A DNA stretch of 63,561 nt, counting the filler, from Asterionella formosa (lineage: Eukaryota), in assembly GCA_002256025.1 (NCBI GenBank). It is 11 parts of 11 records of this genome, joined end to end, with 100 filler letters (N's around TTAATTAATTAA, not from the genome) between each part and the next. Parts side by side here need not be neighbours in the genome. Positions count along the whole stretch, not along the records: positions 40,844 to 58,713 come from NKIB01004238.1; positions 58,814 to 59,925 come from NKIB01004239.1; positions 60,026 to 61,137 come from NKIB01004240.1; positions 61,238 to 62,349 come from NKIB01004241.1; positions 62,450 to 63,561 come from NKIB01004242.1; 6 more parts are not named here. One strand, 5' to 3'. Positions 56,908-63,561 of this stretch are shown here, in pieces. The position numbers and the translations under genes were made by a program. The notes under the pieces were generated by a model that saw only the letters and a program-made list of their open reading frames with translations, had not been told where the DNA came from and searched no databases. The number at the start of each line of letters is the position of its first letter. The stretch's first letter is position 1.

Positions 56908-58143
56908 TTATCCCATCAACAAAAAGTCTCCACCATCTTCGGTCTTGATTCTGTTATTGATTTGACCCTTGACTTTAACCTTGCGCCGCTTTCCTTGGAC
57001 CACCTTTTTCATGTCACCAAAATGTTTTCGATCCGTCATTTTTCGATCTCGAAAGGATTCAAATCGATCTTCCACCAGTGATCCTTTGGGTCTGACGGTT
57101 CGCAACGACGACGACAGCTCGGATGTGAGTGCCACAGGAAAGGTGGGGACGTTGGTAGGATCCTTTTCACTCAAATGTTGGAAGACGTCCTTTCCCAACG
57201 TGCGCTCCGTCTGTACCTTCAGCTGCTTGACCATTTGCTTACGTTCCTTGTTGGCGGCCAATTTGGATTGAATGTCTTTGGAGTATTTCTTCAAGTCTGC
57301 CACTGAATTCAATAGCTTCTTAACTTGTTTGCGTTCAAAAATTTCCTTGAGTTCCGCCCTATGTCTCTTTTGCTTGTTGCGTTGGGCACGGGTCAGCTTT
57401 TCCTTTCTCTTTTGCAGAACGATCGGTTCGTCATTATTGTCGTCGTCGTCACTTTCTTCGTCGTCATCGCTCCCCACCAGAAGCGCCTTGGTTTCTTCTG
57501 TGAGCCCGGCACTAATTGGTGCAGCCTTATAGTCTTCAGCTTCCTTTCGTCGCAATTCCAACGCCAGTGCTTCTCCAATAACGTTTTGATGTTGCGTAAT
57601 ATCTGGATGATAGGATTGCCCCGACTGAGCCACTTGTAGTGCCACAGCCTTGAAAGTGGACTTGGCGGCCACCATGGGACGAGTCGTCATGTGAGCCGGA
57701 GCAGTTCCGGCCAAGGACATGCCAATGCCAGGCGACGAGACTGGTTTTACCTTCTGCTTCTTCCCCACAACCGCATCCTCGAAACCCCACAAATCAAATC
57801 CAGGTCGGCAATTTCCGATCGTCCGCTTGTTGCGACGAAGCCTATCCAAGGAGCCCACCGCTTGTTGCAATTCAGATTTGCTCTTCGTTTCCACCAAGGC
57901 TTGCACTTTCTTTTGGTCTCCTTTTGGTAATCCACTGTGTTTGACTGTCGACTTAGTCTTGACCTTGTTTGGAACTGGCAACACTGCAGCAGCGTCTGTG
58001 TCCAAGACAAACAGCGCATCATCAGTTTTGGATGTGACATGCTGTTCTTCCACCTCCTTGGCGCCAGCTTCGATAAGTTCCTTGGCCGCGAGAACACCTC
58101 GCTGAATGGCCCGCTGTTTGGATCCAGTTGCCTTTTTCCCCAT
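56908..58143 (-). CDS. NOP53: Ribosome biogenesis protein NOP53 (GLTSCR2)
   Basis: LFVLD motif, DLW, GQSYHP...HQ, KLTRAQRNKQKR, ELSSSLRTVRPKGSLVEDRFESF. Confidence 0.92.
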   Translation of the reverse strand: MGKKATGSKQRAIQRGVLAAKELIEAGAKEVEEQHVTSKTDDALFVLDTDAAAVLPVPNKVKTKSTVKHSGLPKGDQKKVQALVETKSKSELQQAVGSLDRLRRNKRTIGNCRPGFDLWGFEDAVVGKKQKVKPVSSPGIGMSLAGTAPAHMTTRPMVAAKSTFKAVALQVAQSGQSYHPDITQHQNVIGEALALELRRKEAEDYKAAPISAGLTEETKALLVGSDDDEESDDDDNNDEPIVLQKRKEKLTRAQRNKQKRHRAELKEIFERKQVKKLLNSVADLKKYSKDIQSKLAANKERKQMVKQLKVQTERTLGKDVFQHLSEKDPTNVPTFPVALTSELSSSLRTVRPKGSLVEDRFESFRDRKMTDRKHFGDMKKVVQGKRRKVKVKGQINNRIKTEDGGDFLLMG

Positions 58144-59308
58144 ATTTGCTGGTGTATGCTTTTTGTTGTTCTTCGAATCAATGGGGTCGCTCTAGGGTAG
58201 AATAGGTGTGATACAGCAGACTGAAAGAAAATGTAATTAAGATTAAATAATGCTAGATCAGAAACGAATCAAGAACATGGGTTGGCAAAAACCACCATGT
58301 ACATGTATAAATAGTAGTATTATATGCATAAATCAAAGAAAACCACACACAGACAGAACAAAATAATCGGTAGGCCGCAATATTTATTTCATTAGACGAT
58401 CATGATAATATGCTATTTTATCATACCATATTTCATATTATAGAGAGTATAGAGTATGTACACAGGTATACCGGTAGATGGTTTTAGCTACTCAATACTA
58501 TTCTTTGTGAAGGAGGCCTGTTAATTTTGGTTGGCCTCGAACTGAGGCACGTCTGTCTGAAGTTAGCGGTCGGCTCGTCCGTCCTTTCGCACCTCAACGT
58601 TTGTTGGTGAAGTGGTCCCTGGCATCATCATGAATCATCATTCAAGCTACATATGTATCATGATGTACATACAGAACTTACAGTATAAAAATGCTGTTGG
58701 CTGTAGACAGTACNNNNNNNNNNNNNNNNNNNNNNNNNNNNNNNNNNNNNNNNNNNNTTAATTAATTAANNNNNNNNNNNNNNNNNNNNNNNNNNNNNNN
58801 NNNNNNNNNNNNNTACCGCGCAAATCAAACACTTTATAAGGTGTACAAGGTGCCAGGTACCAAGTGCACAATGTATGTACATCCTGTAGGTCGCTAATTA
58901 AATAGTGTAAGTAATGAGTAAGCATTTATTTGCTTCGTCCAATGTCGCTACATACCAAATATATGCATACAGAACCTAGTCTATATAGGTACCTGTTACC
59001 CTCCCCCAGTTGAATGCTCTCCACGTGGCCATTTTTGGACCGATGCACGAGAAAGATGATTGCTTTTCGTTTTCGTCCTCATGATTTCTTTCCTACCAGC
59101 ATGGACACGAAGATGATTCGGCATACTTACTATCGTGTACAACTGTTACCCCTACCTGGTACGTACCAGGTACCAGGTAACCCTGGGATTGAGGGTACGT
59201 ACTGCAGTCTACATGATTCTGTAAACAAAGTGTCTACAGCTGTACTTTAAAGCTGCACGTGCCTACGTACTGGCCAACTACCGGGATCATGCAGTGTACC
59301 AGCAGGTA

Positions 59309-59714
59309 TGTCAAGAATATTAGCCCGAGTCACAAGGATTGTGGACTCGATTGTAATCGAACGAGTCGAATATTGCATTGCCACGTCAATCAGCTGTCTA
59401 ACGAGATCAGAGATTGAAGATTTCTATGGAAATGTTAAGTGGAAACTCGAAGAGAGTCTTAGAATGACTTTGCAGGAAGCAAAGATGCATGGAAAGGAAA
59501 CATTTAGTTTAGCTTATAATTTAATTTGAGATTTAGATTATCAACCGAGGAAACAGTGTGTTAATTGACAGGAAGGTCAATTAGTCTATCTAGCAGGAAG
59601 GCTAGAAGCAGAGACAAGAGAGAAAGTGAGTGGTACTAGGTAGTACTACGATCACGTAAGAGTCTACGTGAAGAGAGACCCAACCCGCGGGAAGGAGTAC
59701 GGACCATTTCAACA
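59309..59714 (+). mobile_element. Complete solo LTR-like element (406 bp) with caggta direct repeats on both sides
   Basis: caggta|tgtcaag...tttcaaca|caggta; three further partial copies in the window. Confidence 0.8.
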
Positions 59715-60808
59715 CAGGTACTGGTAGCCTAGAAAGGTGCTTTACTCGGCCGAGTATTTAGTAAATACATAAACTGGACTGGTGGTACCTGGTAGTCTAA
59801 TGCCTTACCGGTACTTCAAAATCATATTTGTATACCGTAATAATACCGCTTTGAAAGAGAACATAATACCCGTACACGTGTATGCATGAATCGATACACT
59901 GTTATTTAGCTACCAGTAAATGATTNNNNNNNNNNNNNNNNNNNNNNNNNNNNNNNNNNNNNNNNNNNNTTAATTAATTAANNNNNNNNNNNNNNNNNNN
60001 NNNNNNNNNNNNNNNNNNNNNNNNNTTTTGGGTTTTGGTTTGGGTCAACGGTTAGCAACGGCCTCAAACAGCGATCACAAAAATAAAGGACGTTTTGAGT
60101 CAGGAAGTATTATTATCGTACCAACATTTTGTCAGTAGGAGTGGAAAGGGAAAAATTCTCATATCATGTCCGGAATTTTGCTTAGCTGAATAAGACCCTC
60201 GGGGTCATTAATCAATGTTAAATACTGGTATCAAACATACATTGGACTAAACTTCAACCTTCTTCTACATGACGATTATAACGAACCATGTGGAGTGGTA
60301 CCACATGGTATTTTTCCAATAAATGTGCCTGTTGTACTGATACCGGTTTACTATCACGAAGGGCATATGTACAAACATATTTTATGATGGACAAAAGTTC
60401 CGGCATCATCATGGTTATGATTTCATGTAGAACTCAACGACATCAGGTGGTAGAGAAATTATTTCAGGTACTAACTGTGATTGACAAGTGTCAAGAATTA
60501 CAAACACGAGCGACATCATACGACATGCACGCAAATGAATGTTATTTTTACATATGCGAACAGGTTTATATAAGTAAGCCCTTCTATCACTCCCCGTAAT
60601 TCAATCGCATCGGCATGCAGGAGGAATGAGTTGCGTAGAATTCTACGACAAGTGGTAGAGACACCACTTTGGTAGAAGGGCTGAAGAATTACTTTTCAAT
60701 CACGACTAAAACGACGACAACGACGACGAGACACGAACAAGAACCAAACAAAGAAGTATCTCGAATAAATAATAGACAACTCTCATTACATTCAAGACGA
60801 CTTTGAAA

Positions 60809-61137
60809 ATGCTAAGAGCATTTGGTTGGAAAAAGGAAACAGAATGTTTGAATCTCGGAGTTGATTCATTTCCTGGTTATGGTGCGTTTCCAGTACAGGG
60901 ATTATGGACATCTTCACAGGACTGTTCCTTTGTGAATGATAATGTTGATTTTGACACAAACGAGATTAGGAGTGAACATGACCAGCTAGAACGTGCAACA
61001 CTATTCAATGCTGAGCTAGTGGTTGATCCAGAACTTGCCAGTGCCTCTGTTGTTGACATTAAAGCAGAAGAAAGGGCTCAATGTAAACGTCAAGTGCGGA
61101 CTGCTTTGGTGCTATTTTTGGTAATTGGCTTGTTAGT
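60809..61137 (+). CDS. 5' part of a probable single-pass membrane protein, truncated
   Basis: ORF open to the contig end; acidic N-terminus, basic patch, then TALVLFLVIGLL. Confidence 0.5.
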
Positions 61138-61237
61138 NNNNNNNNNNNNNNNNNNNNNNNNNNNNNNNNNNNNNNNNNNNNTTAATTAATTAANNNNNNN
61201 NNNNNNNNNNNNNNNNNNNNNNNNNNNNNNNNNNNNN

Positions 61238-62349
61238 GAAGAAATGAAACAACATATTCCCCTCAGTTGCGTCGGCAAGATGAGGTACCATGCAGAAGTT
61301 GATGAGGAAGATGAGTTGGCCGATACAGCAAAGGCTGTATACAAGGCAGCTGGAACATTCCGCATTGTTGCTTGTATCGCCGGTGGAGAAGCCGGGGTTG
61401 ACCTAGCCGATGCCTTGTCTGAACGTCTCAATGTGCGAACTAATGGAACCGACATTCCAAATCGTCGCGACAAAAAGTTGCAACAAGAACTTATCAAAGC
61501 ATGTGGACTCCGTAGTGTCCGTCAAGCGGGAGGTGCCAAATTCTCGGAAGTTGAAAGCTTCCTTCGTAAAGAATCCTATCCTGTGGTTCTCAAGCCGGTT
61601 GAATCGGCAGGATCAGACGGTGTCAAGTTGTGCCACAACTTTAACGAAGCAAAGGAGCACTTTGAACTTTTGATGAAATCTCAAATGGTCAATGGAGGCG
61701 ACTGTGCTGCTGTCTTGTGTCAGGAGTTCTTGCGCGGGAAGGAGTATGTGGTCGATCACGTGTCTCGCGACGGTGTGCACAAGACCGTTATGGTATGGGT
61801 GTACGACAAACGACCTGCAAATGGATCCGCTTTTGTCTATTTTGGTTGTGTTCCAGTCGATCCAGAGTCGCAAGAGGGTAAGATTGTGATTCCATACATT
61901 CGTCGAGTCTTGGATGCATTGGGAGTCAAGAATGGCCCTTCCCATGGTGAAGTCATGCTGACTCCGGATGGCCCCTGCCTAGTTGAGATGAATTGCAGAG
62001 CCCATGGAGGTGATGGTAACTGGCGTTCGTTGTGTCAAGCGCTCACTGGCGGCTACTCTCAAGTCGATGCCACAGTTGACGCCTACTTGGAGAAGCAAGG
62101 TTTCTTTGCCTTACCCGACAAGCCGCCATCGCCATTCAAGGCCGCTGGTCAGGAAGTCATTCTCGTGTCGTACTCACGCGGAACCGTCAAGGCAACTCCA
62201 GGACTCGAAATTGCCGAACAGCTTCAATCGTTTGTCTATTTGGAGACTGGTGTCAGGATTGGTTCCAAGGTGGACTACACGGTCGACCTATTCACTTGCA
62301 TTGGCAGTGTAATTTTGATGCATCACGACAAGGCTATCTTGGAAGCCGA
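61238..62349 (+). CDS. ATP-grasp domain enzyme (amino-acid ligase/carboxylate-amine ligase-like), partial at both ends
   Basis: IAGGEAGVDLAD, RRDKKLQQE, YPVVLKPVESAGSDGV, LCQEFLRGKEYVVD, GPSHGEVMLTPDGPCLVEMNCR. Confidence 0.9.
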
Positions 62350-62450
62350 NNNNNNNNNNNNNNNNNNNNNNNNNNNNNNNNNNNNNNNNNNNNTTAATTA
62401 ATTAANNNNNNNNNNNNNNNNNNNNNNNNNNNNNNNNNNNNNNNNNNNNC

Positions 62451-63561
62451 GACTTGCCTTCGGGAAGCTATTATGTCGTGGAGGAGAATCTGAATGGATA
62501 CATCGACGTGAAGGACTCGGACGGCCCTCCTCCAAACAGTATCGCGGTGACGTTGGGTAGTGCGCAGAACAGCACTGGCAACGACTTTGTTGACGAACAG
62601 TTGCGTTTGATTACAGGACAGGTGTTAGAGGATACCAACAACGACGGCAAGGGAGACACACCGATCCCTGGCGTAAGCGTGACGTTGAATTATCCTAATG
62701 GAACCACGGTGACTGTACTCACTGATTCCAATGGAAACTTCACATTCATTGCCCCTCCTGGAAATTATTACGTCACTGAGGATACTCCTCAAGGCTATAC
62801 GGATGTGGGAGACAGTGATGGAGGAAATCTCAACAGCATTTCCGTTGATATCACAAAAGGAAACAGTTTGGACAACTTCTTTGTTGATAAGAGAATGACC
62901 ACATCACCGACATCGCCACCAACGCCAGGTCCCACACCTCAACCATCGCTTAAGCCAACTACGGTACCAACACCGTCACCAACGTCTCTCCCGACACCTG
63001 TTCCTACCCCGCAGCCGACGCTTAAGCCATCTCCTGGACCAACACCATCACCAACGCCAGGTCCCACTCTTCTACCCACCCTAAAGCCATCCCCTGGACC
63101 AACACCATCACCGACACCACTCCCAACACCTGGTCCTACCCCTCAGCCAACACTGAAACCATCTCCTGGACCAACATACATGCCAACGCTAGTACCCACA
63201 CTGACACCAACTGTAAGCCCAACCAAAACACCTACTGGAAATCCAACCCTTTCTCCAACAGTCGGTCTTGGTTCCATTTGCGGAAATGTCTCAGAAGATA
63301 CTGATAACAATGATGTCGGTAACGTTAACCTCGGAGGCGTTCGCATCACTCTGCTCGATTCTTCTAAAAATGCCTTGACATCTACATATACCAATTCGAA
63401 TGGCAACTATTGTTTTTTCGACTTGCCTTCGGGAAGCTATTATGTCGTGGAGGAGAATCTGAATGGATACATCGACGTGAAGGACTCGGACGGCCCTCCT
63501 CCAAACAGTATCGCGGTGACGTTGGGTAGTGCGCAGAACAGCACTGGCAACGACTTTGTTG
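62451..63561 (+). CDS. Internal fragment of a large SdrD-B/Cna-B-like repeat surface protein with a Pro/Thr-rich linker
   Basis: Open frame from 62451: [26 protein letters not shown]...TDSNGNFTF...PGNYYVTE...[10 protein letters not shown]...N.FVD; ([10 protein letters not shown])n; [17 protein letters not shown]...[21 protein letters not shown]. Absent from the ORF track because it has no stop in the window. Confidence 0.9.

Noticed and set aside
15400..58143. Four-gene ribosome biogenesis cluster including NOL8
   Set aside because: NOL8 is on a different concatenated scaffold from the other three.
59308..59529. Conserved small ORF (also 37160..37363)
   Set aside because: Both lie within copies of the same LTR-like repeat and their start codons depend on flanking sequence; similarity reflects DNA identity.

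Overview
Eukaryotic nuclear DNA, very probably from a diatom (inferred from short GT-AG introns, signal peptide plus Phe/Leu bipartite plastid presequences, a DUF6824-type gene, CoDi-like copia elements and SdrD-B/Pro-Thr surface protein). The window is not one locus. It is 11 pieces joined by artificial 100-nt N-TTAATTAATTAA-N linkers: three scaffolds of 17913, 17882 and 17870 bp and eight contigs of exactly 1112 bp, so adjacency across linkers has no meaning. Recognisable genes are a trithorax/MLL-like H3K4 SET methyltransferase, NDUFAF5, NOL8-like, GPATCH4-like, RPS27, NOP53, a GFA/Mss4-like protein, a Rossmann-like plastid protein, a partial ATP-grasp enzyme and two surface proteins. Intergenic DNA holds copia fragments and LTRs, Harbinger and Crypton relics, and MITE-like elements. 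The most unusual items are: (1) a plastid-targeted mTERF + NUMOD1-like + apparently inactive RNase H-like fusion; (2) a plastid-targeted protein of 88-aa helicase-associated-like repeats with a frameshifted tandem paralogue; (3) a J-domain + PARP zinc finger + BRCT protein with no catalytic domain; (4) palindromic GGTACC(A/T)/TACCGGTA micro-arrays upstream of most genes, with local evidence that they arise by insertion; (5) an 85-bp inverted-repeat element found in several upstream regions; (6) a stand-alone lipoyl-like domain lacking the acceptor lysine. All domain calls are by-eye motif recognition, not database searches.
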